A stretch of 64,000 bases of DNA from Macrostomum lignano (lineage: Eukaryota): positions 1 to 64,000 of the forward strand of contig NIVC01002668.1 in the NCBI GenBank assembly GCA_002269645.1, written 5' to 3'. This document shows, piece by piece, positions 45,621-58,210 of this stretch. The translations under genes and the position numbers were made by a program. Position 1 is the first letter of the stretch; each line of letters starts with the position of its first letter. Below the pieces are notes generated by a model. That model was given only the letters and a program-made list of their open reading frames with translations, made no database searches and was not told the DNA's origin.

Positions 45621-47913
45621 ATGAGAAATTGAAGCTCAAAAAACAAGCAGCTCACAAGCAACAGCTCCCTTAAACTGACACCCCTTAAACTCTGTTTGCT
45701 CAAACTTTTGGCCATAGACACATTGCCAATTGTTGCCATTTGACTCGGTGGTACGAATTCAAATGTTAAAATAATTTACCAAACGGAAGTGTAGGATTGC
45801 CGGTATAGGCCCTAGCTACATTTATTATATAAGGCCAATAGTCAATACTATGCAATTGTATATTAGACCTTAGGATTAGGCTTATAGGCCCTATTAATAT
45901 TAGGCCTATTAGTATTAGATATAATTTAAAAATCATATCATTTTACTCATTTTTGCCAAAAAATATAAAAAACAATATAATCAGCATTGTGCAACCACCC
46001 CTGATTTATACTAGCTAGGCCTATATAATTTATCTTTTGCCTAAAAGTAGACTATAATTATAACTTACCTGGCCCCCTATTAAAAACTTTTTAAACATTT
46101 TTAACACTAAAATTCTATGGCATAGGCCTAATTTTTTGGTAATATACTTTTTCTTGTTCAATTTCAACAAAACAAAAGGATAGTTGATTCTTTACTTCTA
46201 TTTTGAAAGGATACTATTATATTTTGACTCCTTTTAATTTGGAATATAGTGAGGTAGGGGCAGTTTAAGAAAAATATTTGGGAATTGGGTTACGTTTTAA
46301 ATTTCAGTTCTTCAGGTTTCTTCGAAACTATGTGACATTGAGTTTGCATAAATAAGCTGGAAAATTGAGTAGACGAATCCCAATTGAAATGTCTCGTAGA
46401 TACTCCAACTGATGGGGTCTTCACTCTTCAATCCCAGGGGAGGGTAGTTTTAGTTGTAGATTAGCAGTCTTCATTTGGCACGAGCATTCAGATCTGGGTC
46501 CTCAGACACCATAGATTCAACGTACCTCATATGCTTGTTCTGTTACTAACAGTAGAGTAGCGCTGCCACCACCGTAATTTGTGTATTACGGAATGTTGAA
46601 GTCTCAAAGCTTGTTTCCAGATGAGATTGGGTTGTTTTATGCCCCACCCCCATTTGCCATGGGCAAATGACTTAAGATAAGCTATGGCTCTTAATCTAGA
46701 ATGAAGAAAACAAATTAAAATTGCTGCTTATTTATTAATTGGTAAACAAAGTTATTATAAACAAGTTATTATTATTCATACTCAAGCAGCCACTAACAAT
46801 TCAAATGACTGGGGGTGCTGCAGTGCGGGCTCTCACTTAAAGTAAACTTGAGTAACCGACCGGTTGAGACAAATTAATAAAGGTTATTCGACATCAATTA
46901 GCAAAATAGATTGAGGGGTCAGAAAGGGAGAAAGGGATCAGAAAGAAAGGCATGGGGAGAGACAGGTGCAAGGGGATAGGGTTAAATACCCAAAAATAAG
47001 GGACACAAGGTGGTCGACATAGCCCAGAAAATGGGAAAGGACAAAAACACTATAATGCAAAAGAGGCTACAAGAAATACTGCTGGAAATACACAGAAAAA
47101 AAACAAAATAACCATAAGTTGGACATAATGCCAGAAAATGGGGCATGGAAAACAGAAAAAAGGGCAGAAAACATTATATTTGCGCGCTAGAGGGTGGACA
47201 AATGGGGCCAGAAAGGGGGCAGGTGTAACTTTAATGTTTAGATAATGTTATTGTTATTAAAATCAATTTTCAAAAAATAATCTGTAGTGATACCATCTAC
47301 CACAATAGCTCTAAACATTCAAATTAAATGAATTGAAATTCTGTTTTGGCCATTAAATATTTAGTTTAAACATATTACCTGTGGCTATAGAAAATAAAAT
47401 ATTTATAGTTAAAAGTGTGATATAGGGATACTGGCACATTCAATTTGAATAGCCAATATTCATTTTAGACTAAAAAGCTAAGGCTCATTTTCCCCTTTAA
47501 CTTATCAAAATATTACTTTCAAAAATATATGCTAAAAAGTCTACTTCGCACACTTTTTTTAAGAAAAAAGATGGCTGCTATAGGACATATAGAAGATAAA
47601 AAGGAAATTATCAAAAAAATTAAAAAAGAAAAGCTTTGTCATCTAAAAAAAGGTTGAAGAAAACCAAAACCAATAATGGCCTTATAGGAGAATATCCAAT
47701 GAGGATCTAGCATGAATTCTAGATGCCTATGAGACTAGTAAAGATTATGTTTACTTGGTGGAGAGGATAGGAATCAAAAGAACTTTGGCATATTTCAAGG
47801 CATTTGTTGGGCCTAGTGCGTGGGGTTGGGGTGCACTTTTACTCCGTGTATTGTTTGTGTTTTTAACTCTGTGCATGTACTCATGGTCTGTGGCTCCCGC
47901 TCTTTGCACGTCT

Positions 47914-48860
47914 CTGGGATCAAGCCGGTTCCGGGAATGGTGCAAAAGATTTAGGATGTGGAGGCTCCGAAAAGCAAGAAGGATCTAGAGCAGTTTCTGG
48001 GCTTGGCGCAGTTCTATGGTCGGTTGGTTCCCAACTTTGCTGAGAAGTGTCGGCCTCTACAAGAACTTTGTCGAGCAGACCGTGTGTTTGACTGGAGTGC
48101 AGCTACTGAGGCAGCGTTCACCAATGTGAAGCAGAGCCTGAGTTTGAATCCGTGTGTAAAACCGTTTGAAGTCAACTCACCGGTTTGTCTGCGGGTGGAT
48201 GCTAGCGAGCAGTCTCTGGGCGCTGTGCTGGTGCAGTCAGGGCACCCAGTCATGTACCTCTCGGGCGCTGACCAAGTCTGAGGCCAACTACTCCAACATT
48301 GAGCGGGAGGCTCTGGCCATTGTCTGGGTGGTGGAGCAAGCCCGCAAGATGCTCCTGGGAAAGATGTTCACGCTCCAGACTGACCACGAGCCACTGAAGT
48401 ACATCTTCAATCCCAGCAAGAACCTTCCTAAAACAGTGTTGGCAAGACTAACTCACTGGGCCCTGCAGCTATCTGCTTTTGACTACGAGGTTGAGTATGT
48501 GCCAGGAAGACTGATAGTGGATACAGATGCCTTGTCTCGTTTGAGTTTTGCTGCCCAAGACCCTCCAAGTGATGCTGTGCACCAGCTGGAGCATGAAGAG
48601 GTTGTGTCAGGTCAGAAGGAGCTCTTGTGACTGCAGGATCTTCGTGAGGGAACAAGGATGTGCGCGTTGATGAAGCAGCTGCAGCAGAGGATCAGAACAG
48701 GCCGGTGGGGCCAGGTGTCGCAGGTGGAGAGGCCATACAAAGCATGCTGGGAGGCACTGTCAGTGGAAGACGGTCTGGTGATCCACGGAACCAGAATTGA
48801 GCCCCCACCTGTTCTCCGCAGGCGCATTCTGGAGGTGGCGCACGACGAGGTGCATCCGAG
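47914..48860 (+). pseudogene. Gypsy pol fragment: RT thumb, RNase H, start of integrase zinc finger
   Basis: FLGLAQFYGRLVPNFA, VDASEQSLGAVL, NYSNIEREALAIVW, TDHEPL, DALSRL, RRRILEVAH; contains stops and a frameshift. Confidence 0.9.
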
Positions 48861-48936
48861 CGCCGACCGGCCGACCGATTTGGCGGCCAATCAAGGAAGT
48901 CGCAAAAATGCCCACCCAAAAAACACCCAAAGTAGT

Positions 48937-49000
48937 ACTAAGTAGCTGACGAGGCATTTTGGCTTAATAAGACAGTCATAGTTACTCCTGCCGTTTACCC
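48937..49000 (-). pseudogene. Diverged fragment of eukaryotic 28S rRNA (helix 69-71 / R2 target region)
   Basis: The - strand reads GGGTAAACGGCAGGAGTAACTATGACTGTCTTATTAAGCCAAAATGCCTCGTCAGCTACTTAGT. The canonical sequence as I recall it is GGGTAAACGGCGGGAGTAACTATGACTCTCTTAAGGTAGCCAAATGCCTCGTCATCTAATTAGT. Confidence 0.8.
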
Positions 49001-50005
49001 AAAGTTGCGTTAATTTTGCTTTAGGATTGTTTCACATGTAAGTCACATTTTTAGCCAAAAACTACGTCGCATTTTTGTTAAAACTAAGTTGCACGGCCGA
49101 CCGAATTTTGGAGGTTGCGCATGTATGTGTGGGGTCATCGCCTTCGCCACCCGCTAACCATGACTGAACAGGTGGGCGATCCAATCTGGCTGAGGATGCG
49201 TCCAGGATTTTTGCCGGTTCCGGCCAAGTTAATGGTGCAGCACAGCCAGAACATGGCGCTGGTAGCACACTCGAATCAGTGGACCAGCCGGCCGAGTGCA
49301 CCTGGGTCGCCTGAGGGGGCCAAACCTGAGGCGGAGTTGCCGGAGCAGCTTCCTGGCGCCATGGTTGAGCACCTTCCTGATCCGGAACCAACGGTGGCGC
49401 CAATGAACAGTGGCCAGCAAGAGCCGTACAAGCATTGGCCTCGCCAGCATGTCTGCTATAAAGTCTAGTGACTCTTAGTGACTGTACTTGACTCTTTGAT
49501 TTTGTTCTGGTAGTTTCAGTCTTTGTTTGCTTTGGCAGGGGGCAGTGTTGGGCCTGGTGCGTGGGGTTGGGGTGCACTTTTAATCTGTGTATTGTTTGTG
49601 TTCTTAACTCTGTGCATGTACTCATGGTCCGTGGCTCATGCTCTTTGCACGTCTTTGCTCTATCATGATTTTAATGTACATTGTTGGTGTTTTAGCCCTG
49701 GGGTGGGGGTGGCTACTATTGAACCTTGCTTGTAATAAATCGTATTGTTGGTTGTCGGTGCTCTTGGCACTTTCGTCTTGTCTCGCATACTCTCAGCTCA
49801 TGACTTGTTCATTTCAACAGCATTCTTTTGGTTTATAATTATTCTTTTTCATTTCAATTTATAATCCCCATGTTAATTTCCTTTTTAGCAATCATGGCCT
49901 GTTCAAAGGAAACAAAATTATTGAATTGGGCTTATTTGTTTCACTAGAAAAACTGAATAGAATAGCCAACCTAAAGTTTCTCTTATGGCATATGGCAAAG
50001 ACAAA

Positions 50006-50440
50006 GATCCTTTATATCTACTTCAATTAATAATCATTCAAAATTAAATAGGATAAATATGCATGTAAATGATTGTGAACCAAAGCTAAGGGGGTTTGGT
50101 ATATTATATGATGCTATCATGTTGACTATACTATACAATAGTTGACCATGTACATTATACTATATAGCACTTTAGACTCAATTCTATACATTATCTGCAA
50201 AGTTCTGTAGAGATAAGACAAATGAATTAGAATACAATATGTCCTCACTACCTCCCCTCAGCTTTGGTTTATACTCATTTAAATGGCAGATATATAAATG
50301 ATTATAAACTGAAGGTAGTGTATATTTAGATAGGGATCAATTTTGGTTATTTATATCAAACCCTTTTAGCTTTGGTTTACAATCATTTATATGTATTTCT
50401 CCTATTAAAATGATCATAAACTGAAGTAGATATATAGGAT
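50006..50440. mobile_element. Degenerate inverted-repeat (MITE-like) element
   Basis: tatctacttca...aaatgattgtgaaccaaagctaa (50015-50090) is imperfectly inverted at 50365-50435. Confidence 0.5.
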
Positions 50441-50577
50441 CCTCTTCAAAGAATACTTGCATAGTATGAACATCTCATTGTCTCTTTGTATCATTTTATT
50501 CTATATAAATTTGGCATTAAATTTTTTTACAACAAAAAAAAATAATATTCTAGTAACTTTGGATTTTTAGTTTGATA

Positions 50578-50800
50578 CTAGCAATCTAGTGCAGCCCCCC
50601 TTCGGGGCACCCAATAAGTAAGGACCAACAATAGTTCATGGAAAACAATTAAAAAACCATATTTTCTTAAGAACCAATTCCTTCCTCACTTTTAAAAATC
50701 ACCTTTTTTGTGTAAAATTGTCACGGACAAAGATGTTTGCTATAAATCACTTTTCTCTAAAATTAACAAACAGACAACAAAATATAGCTCCCTCTAAATA
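50578..50800 (-). mobile_element. Possible 3' end of a non-autonomous Helitron
   Basis: The - strand shows the GC hairpin gcccc-gaa-ggggg(c) followed about 14 nt later by CTAG|T. The 5' end was not identified. Confidence 0.4.
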
Positions 50801-50809
50801 GAAAATATT

Positions 50810-51270
50810 CCCAAGACAGCAAGCATCCCCCAGATAGCAAGCATCTTCCAAAAGTAAGCAACTGCAGATAGCAAGCATCCCCTAATGCTCATAGCATAGC
50901 ATCAACCCAGATAGCATATCAAGCATCTGCAGGCAGCAAGCATCCCCCAGATAGCAAGCATCCCCCAGATAGCAAGTATCACCCCAGATAGCAAGCATCT
51001 GCAGGTAGCAAGCATTCCCCAGATATTGTTGAAGCATCCACCTAGATAGAAAGCATCCTGCAGATAGCAAGCATCCCCCAAATATTGTAGAAGTATCCAC
51101 CCAGATAGCAAGCACCCCAGATATTATAGAAGCATCCTGCAGATAGCAAGCACCCCCCAGATATTATAAAAGCAACCACCCAGATAGCAAGAATCCCTAA
51201 ATAGCAAACATCCCTGGATAGAAAGAATCCCATACATGTAGCCAGTACCCCCCCTCCCAAATAGCAAGTG
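50810..51270. repeat. Degenerate minisatellite (cagatagcaagcatcccc)
   Basis: Directly visible. Confidence 0.9.
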
Positions 51271-51399
51271 CAAATGTTACCTATTAATGCAGGATTAATG
51301 CCATAATCGCTTTCTCAGGTTGTGCAACAATCCACATCTCAGCTAGTGCAATAATCTTTTTTTTAGACAGCGCAATAATCAGCTTCTCGGCAAGTGCAA

Positions 51400-51725
51400 T
51401 AATCCTTTCTAATCTAGTGCAATATTCCTTGGTTTATCAAGTGCAATAACCCTTGGCTTAACAAGTGCAATATTTTTTAGTTTATCAAAGGCAGTAATCC
51501 TTGGTTTATCAAGCGCAGTAATCCTTGGTTTATCAAGCGCAGTAATCCTTGGTTTACCAAGTGCAATAATCCTTGGTTTACCAAGTGCAATAGTCCTTGG
51601 CTTATCAAGTGCAATAATCCTTGGCTTATCAAGTGCAATAATCCTTGGCTTATCAAGTGCAATAATTCTTGGCTTATCAAGTGCAATAATCCTAGGCTTA
51701 TCAAGTGCAATAATCCTTGGCTTAT
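51400..51725. repeat. Minisatellite, 24-bp unit atcaagtgcaataatccttggctt
   Basis: About 13 copies. Confidence 0.95.
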
Positions 51726-51876
51726 TTTCATATTTTCGATACATATCGGCTTTATTTCTCTGGTTTCATACTTATCGATATATATTGGCTGTATTCCCGC
51801 AGTTATGTATTTTTCGATACATATCGGCTTTATTTCTCTAATTTCATTTTTGCCACAATTCCAGCCGTCTCAACTG

Positions 51877-54800
51877 ATGAACGAGTCCATCATTGTGATT
51901 GACTCAGACGATGACGAACAGCAGCAGCAGCAGGAGCGGCGGCGGCAAAAACAAAGAGCTCTCGTCACGGCTTCAATTGGAGCAATGAAAGCCAGGTCAG
52001 CAGTTGCCATGCCTCAGCAGCCCCAGCCTCCTCAGCAGCCTCATCAGCAGAACTATGCCGGCAGTCTGCAAAGCGTCAAGCTTGGCGGCTTCGTGCCGCT
52101 CAACTGCACCGTGACAGGCGGCGGCGCTGGCACAGCAGCAGCAGCGGCTGCAGCGAGATCGCGCCGATTCAAGGAGACGCCGCGAGGACGAAAGTCCACA
52201 GGCGGCCTGTGCGTCAGCTCCGCCCTGCGGCTGGGCGGCTCGCCGTCTGGAGTGCAGAAGCAGCCGCAGCAACAGCCGCAGCAGCAACAGCAGTTGTCTC
52301 CGATTGTCAAGCAGGCCCTCCTAACCAACGGCCGGGTCAGCCACTCCTACCCGCCGCCAGCCCCGGCAGCTACGAAGCCGCTGCCTCCAGCCGCAACCTA
52401 CGACTCGGTGATCGAGAATGAGAACAACTACATTGACTACACAGAGTATTTCTACTGCCGAGAGCTGGACCCGCTGGAGACTGTGGTCACCCCACCTGCC
52501 GCTGGTCCGTTTGCCTACAACTGCTGCGTCTGCTCCGCCCAGCTGCCTTGCAGCGATGCGGCTGCCAAGCACATTCTTGAGCACCTGTTCAGCGCCAGGA
52601 TTCACCGCGCCAACCTCACCGCGCACACGCGATGTCACCGCTGCCTGCGCAGCTTCCAAACCCCGCCCGCATGCAGCGGCACCTCAGCCGCGCCCACCCC
52701 GACTGCCTGGACGAATCGGCGCTGGTCTGTCGAATCTGCGAGCTGCACTTCGACACGGACTCGAAGCTGGCCGACCACCTGGCTGGCACGCATCCGCCCA
52801 GGGACATGCCCTACCGGTGCGAGCTGTGCGCCCACCGCAGCTCCAGCCACGCTGATCTGATCCAGCATTTCTACTCCTTCCACGCCTGCAGCGGCGAGCT
52901 GCTCTGCTACTTCTGCTTGAAGGTTTTTCGGTTTCCAAATGGTTGGTGACTTTTGGTTGGCGTTTTTTTCTATCGATCTATAGAACTAATGCATTTTAGG
53001 ATACTTCCATTTTTAGCTTCTGTCTGTGATGATTTCCCTATGAACTTTACTGTACAGGGGATATTTATCTCATAGTAGTATTCAGTTAGGATATTTATCC
53101 CACAGTAGTATTCAGTTGGGATATTTATCCCGCAGTAGTATTCAGATGGGATATTTATCCCCAGTTGTATTCAGTTGGGATATTTATCCCGCAGTAGTAT
53201 TCAGATGGGATATTTATCCCACAGTAGTATTCAGATGGGATATTTATCCCACAGTAGTATTCAGATAAGATATTTATCCCACAGTAGTATTTAGTTGGGA
53301 TATTTATCCCACAGTAGTATTCAGATGGGATATTTATCCCACAGTAGTATTCAGATGGGATATTTATCCCCAGTTGTATTCAGTTGGGATATTTATCCCG
53401 CAGTAGTATTCAGATGGGATATTTATCCCACAGTAGTATTCAGATGGGATATTTATCCCACAGTAGTATTCTTGTGGGATACATTTATCCCACAGTAGTA
53501 TTCAGATGGGATATTTATCCCACAGTAGTATTCAGTTGGGATATTTATCCCACAGTAGTATTCAGTTGGGATATTTATCCCACAGTAGTATTCAGACTGG
53601 ATATTTATCCCACAATAGTGTTCAGATAAGATATTTATCCTAATCTTTTAATCCCTCCGCAGGCACTGGCAGCTCCCCACCAGCGCAGTCTCTCAGCCCC
53701 TACTACTCTCACCTGCGAGCCCACCTGGCGGACAGTTGCTCAGATCCCCATGGCAACGCCAATTCAAACGGCTGCCCAAAGTGCAAGCTGCACTTTCTCA
53801 GCCGGCAAAGCCTGAAGCAGCACCTGGACTCGGCGCACATTGGCAAATGCTTCACCGTGGCAGAGGTGTCCCCAGTACCGTCTGGCGCGACTGCAGCGGC
53901 AGCCTCTGCAGCGGTGACTGCAGCCGCGGGCACCCGCAGTCTGAACGCTGCACCAGCCTCCAGGCTATGCGGCCTGGCCCAGCTGAAATTCAAAGTGAAG
54001 CGGCAGGAGACCTGTCTGGAATGCCTGCAGCCTATGAGCCTGCCTGGTGAGCGACTGAGACCGAGCTTTGCTGCCTACTCATATTCTAAGTAGTATAAGT
54101 CTAGATGGTAAAATTCTTAAAATAGTTTTTAAGGCAGCTTTGTCCAGTGGTTGGAGCGTCAGACTCACGACTGAAAGGTCGGGGGTTCGATTCCCGATCC
54201 CACTAGAACAATTTGTGTCCTTGACCAAGACACTTAACTCTACATTGCTTCAGTTCACCCAGCTGTAAAATTGGTGCCAGCATTAGCTGAGGTGATTGAA
54301 GGTGTGTGTGGCGACCCCCAGTCCTTGGAATGAACAGCCGTACCTTGCAATAGCTGCGGCTGAGCTGTCGGTTGCACATCTGGCCCAATTCGGGCAGGTG
54401 TAATCTATTTTTTTTTTCGTAAAGCTACAAGCTTTTAACCTACTTGAAGTAGTTAAATTTGCTAAAAAGCCATGGGCAACTAACTTTTATGCATTTTGTC
54501 TACTTGCAGTAGCATTATTACTCAACAGAAAAGCTGGCTAATTAACAGTATTTGAATTATAATTCTCAGGCCACTACCAGCGCCAGCACCTGTGCCCTGC
54601 ATGCCGCTATGTTACCTGCTGCGGTGAGGCCTTCGCCAGGCACAAGCGCCGCCACCGCACTGCGGCATCGACTGCTGCTGCCACCTCGGCAGCTCCTGCT
54701 GCTCTGGGCGACATCGGTGTCGGCTCGGGCCTGAGCAATCCGGCGTTTGCGCTCTACTGCCTCTGCGGCTTCGCCACTGTGAATGGCGATGCCATGGCAA

Positions 54801-56366
54801 TGTGAGGACATCTGTTGAGTCTGGGTACCCATAGGCAGCCTGGATACCCCTATGATTGACTAAATACCCCTATGGACACTAGAAATGCAACTATAGACAC
54901 AATAAATGCCCCTATAGACACAATTGATACCCTTATAGACACAATAAATTCCTATAGACACAATAAATACCCCTATTTACACAATAAATACCACTATAGA
55001 CACAATAAATACCCTTATAGACACAATAAATACCCCTATATACACAATAAATACCCTTATAGACACAATAAATACCCCTATAGACACAATAAATACCCCT
55101 ATCGACACAATAAATACCATTATAGACAATAAATACCCCTATAGACACAATAAATACCCCTATAGACACAATAAATACCCCTATAGACACAATAAACACC
55201 CTTATAGACATAAATACCCCTTTAGACAATAAATACCCTTATAGACAATAAATACCCCTATAGACACAATAAATACCCTTATAGACAATAAATACCCCTA
55301 TAGACACAATAAATACCCTTATAGACACAATAAATACCCCTATAGACACAATAAATACCCTTATAGACAATAAATACCCCTATAGACACAATAAATACCC
55401 TTATAGACACAATAAATACCCCTATAGACACAATAAATACCCTTATAGACATAAATACCCCTATAGACACAATAAATACCCCTATCGACACAATAAAAAC
55501 CCCTATCGACACAATAAATACCCATATTGACACAATAAATACCCTTATAGACACAATAAATACCCATATTGACACAATAAATACCCTTATAGACACAATA
55601 AATACCCCTATAGACACAATAAATACCCCTATAGACACAATAAATACCCCTATAGACACAATAAATACCCCTATAGACACAATAAATACCCTTATAGAAA
55701 ATAAATACCCCTATAGACACAATAAATACCCTTATAGACGCAATAAATACCCCTATAGACACAATAAATACCCTTATAGACAATAAATATCCCTATAGAC
55801 ACAATAAATACCCTTATAGACACAATAAATACCCCTATAGACACAATAAATACCCCTATAGATACAATAAATACCCTTACAGTGACAATAAATAGTCTGA
55901 TAGGCAGAATACCCTAATGACTGAATGCCACAGCAACTGCCTATTGCACACCCCAATGTTCAACCCCAGTTACCTTAGCCATCGCTCATCATCACCAGCC
56001 TCCCAACGCACCCAACCCATCGGCAGGCACGCAGCCTCTGGCTGTCGCCTCTCTGTCGGAGTCAGCAGCAGTCGCAGCGGTGGCTCCGCCGCCTCTCGCT
56101 GGCAGCAGCCGGGGTCAACCGTGCGCCTCATTCGCCGTGTTCGCCACCGCCCCACCCGCCTGCTTCGCCATCGCCGCTCTCGCCAGCAGCGCCAGTGCAG
56201 CCAGAAGCGGCAGCAGCTGATGGCCGAATCGCTGGGTCTCGTTGAAGCAGCCGGCGCCGCTGCTGCTGCCGACTCAGTCGGGGAAGCCGCCGCTGCCCTG
56301 ACCGTACCCAGCGGGGTGCCTCTGCTGGAGTCAGTGGGACTGGCAAAGCGGGCTGTCTCTGCCTGA
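51877..56366 (+). CDS. ZNF280/POGZ-like multi-C2H2 zinc-finger protein; exons 51865-52941, 53663-54046, 54570-54801, 55979-56366
   Basis: THPPRDMPYRCELCAHRSSSHADLIQHF..FH....LLCYFCLKVF, CPKCKLHF, CRYVTCC..AFARH and CLCGFATVNGDAMA match the POGZ/ZNF280 finger block. Introns are phase-consistent. There is a 1-nt frameshift in a C-run near 52663. Confidence 0.8.
53060..53640. repeat. Intronic minisatellite, 30-bp unit gggatatttatcccacagtagtattcagat
   Basis: About 19 copies; each has the mini-palindrome GGGATA-TT-TATCCC. Confidence 0.95.
54133..54390 (+). mobile_element. tRNA-derived SINE with CORE-like domain
   Basis: A box (tgtccagtggtt) and B box GGTTCGATTCC at about 54184. Then tgtgtccttgaccaagacacttaactctac...cagctgtaaaattgg, resembling the CORE consensus TGTGACCTTGGGCAAGTTACTTAAC...CATCTGTAAAATGG. 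Confidence 0.75.
54870..55870. repeat. Intronic minisatellite, about 21-bp unit atagacacaataaatacccct
   Basis: About 47 imperfect copies. Confidence 0.95.
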
Positions 56367-56509
56367 GTTGACTGGCAGCCTGTGGCAGCTGTTGTAAAGA
56401 TATGATATATGATAGTTAGCATTTTTTGTTTTGCTTCATTGTAATAGCTTGGTGTCCGACTGTGTGGTTTGACAGGTTCCTATTAATAGTAATGAGTCTG
56501 TCAATAAGT

Positions 56510-57170
56510 GTTTCATAATGTACTTGTCAGGTGTCATGATGTACTTGTCAGGTGTCATTATGTACTTGTCGAGTGTAATTTTATACTTGTCAGGTGTCAT
56601 TATGTACTTGTCGAGTGTAATTTTATACTTGTCAGGTGTCATTATGTACTTGTCAGGTGTCATTATGTACCTGTCGTCCTGTCAGGTGTCATTATGTACC
56701 TGTCGTCCTGTCAGGTGTCATTATGTACTTTTCAGGTGTCATTATGTACCTGTCAGGTGTCATTATGTACTTGTCAGGTGTCATTATGTACTTGTCAGGT
56801 GTCATTATGTACTTGTCAGGTGTCATTATGTACTTGTCAGGTGTCATTATGTACTTGTCAGGTGTCATTATGTACTTGTCAGGTGTCATTATGTACTTGT
56901 CAGGTGTCATTGTGTACTTGTCAGGTGTCATTATGTACTTGTCAGGTGTCATTGTGTACTTGTCAGGTGTCATTATGTACTTGTCAGGTGTCATTGTGTA
57001 CTTGTCAGGTGTCATTATGTACTTGTCAGGTGTCATTATGTACTTGTCAGGTGTCATTATGTACCTGTCAGGTGTCATTATGTACTTGTCAGGTGTCATT
57101 ATGTACTTGTCAGGTGTCATTATGTACTTGTCAGGTGTCATGATGTACTTGTCAAGTGTCATTTACCTGT
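56510..57170. repeat. Minisatellite, 21-bp unit gtcattatgtacttgtcaggt
   Basis: About 30 copies. Confidence 0.95.
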
Positions 57171-57639
57171 CATTTGACCTACCTGTCCGGTTAAACGGGT
57201 AGTTTTAGTCGAAGGACTTACTTTATATAAGCTACATTGTCCAGATAAATTAATGCAACGCCTTAATACTGTACAAAACTAAGTTGAATTCAGTTTAGTG
57301 GAATGTTTCGCTGTTTTTGCATATTTATTGTTTGTATTGCAACATTTTGAATTTTGATTGCCCTATTGAAGCTGCAACGAATGTACGGTACAAGAGCAGT
57401 CAATTCTGCTTAATCATGCCAAGTCCGCATTGGTATTAGTTTTATGGATTTGAAATTCTGTATTTATTCACTCTGTTAACCCTCCGTGCTTAATGATGCC
57501 TTCTAGGGTCGATTTAAGAGCATAAAGAGAGTCCGACCGAGAACACAAATAGCTGTTTAAGAGCTTGCAATTTTTTTGCGGAAGAAGTCCCTAATAGGTT
57601 CAAATAGATATGGAAACAAACGGTTATAAACACAATTAT

Positions 57640-58210
57640 AAAGAGTGCTGTCTATGGCAGCGGGAGAATATGGAGAGTGCTGTCTATGGCAGCGGGAGAA
57701 TTATGGAGAGTGCTGTCTATGGCAGCGGGAGAATTATGGAGAGTGCTGTCTATAGCAGTGGTAGAATGTGGAGAGTGCTGTCTATGGCAGTGGGAGAATA
57801 TGGAGAGTGCTGTCTATAGCAGTGGGAGAATTATGGAGAGTGCTGTCTATGGCAGTGGTAGAATGTGGAGAGTGCTGTCTATGGCAGTGGGAGAATGTGG
57901 AGAGCGCTGTCTATAGCAGTGGGAGAATTATGGAGAGTGCTGTCTATGGCAGTGGGAGAATATGGAGAGTGCTGTCTATGGCAGTGGGAGAATGTGGAGA
58001 GTGCTGTCTATGGCAGCGGGAGAATGTGGAGAGTGCTGTCTATGGCAGTGGGAGAATATGGAGAGTGCTGTCTATGGCAGTGGGAGAATGTGGAGAGTGC
58101 TGTCTATGGCAGTGGGAGAATGTGGAGAGTGCCGTCTATGGCAGTGGAAGAATATGGAGAGTGCTGTCTATCGCAGCGGGAGAATATGGAGAGTGCTGTC
58201 TATGGCAACG
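57640..58210. repeat. Minisatellite, 32-33-bp unit ggagagtgctgtctatggcagtgggagaatgt
   Basis: About 17 copies. Confidence 0.95.

Larger units (their letters stand above)
47805..49819 (+). mobile_element. Internally deleted Ty3/Gypsy LTR retrotransposon
   Basis: TG...CA ends flanked by a GCATT 5-bp TSD (47800-47804 and 49820-49824). Truncated 5' LTR (47805 to about 47912) and full 3' LTR (49546-49819) preceded by the polypurine tract ggcagggggcag. Confidence 0.92.

Noticed and set aside
54133-54205. tRNA gene
   Set aside because: A and B boxes are present, but the acceptor stem does not close and a CORE-like body follows; called as a SINE.
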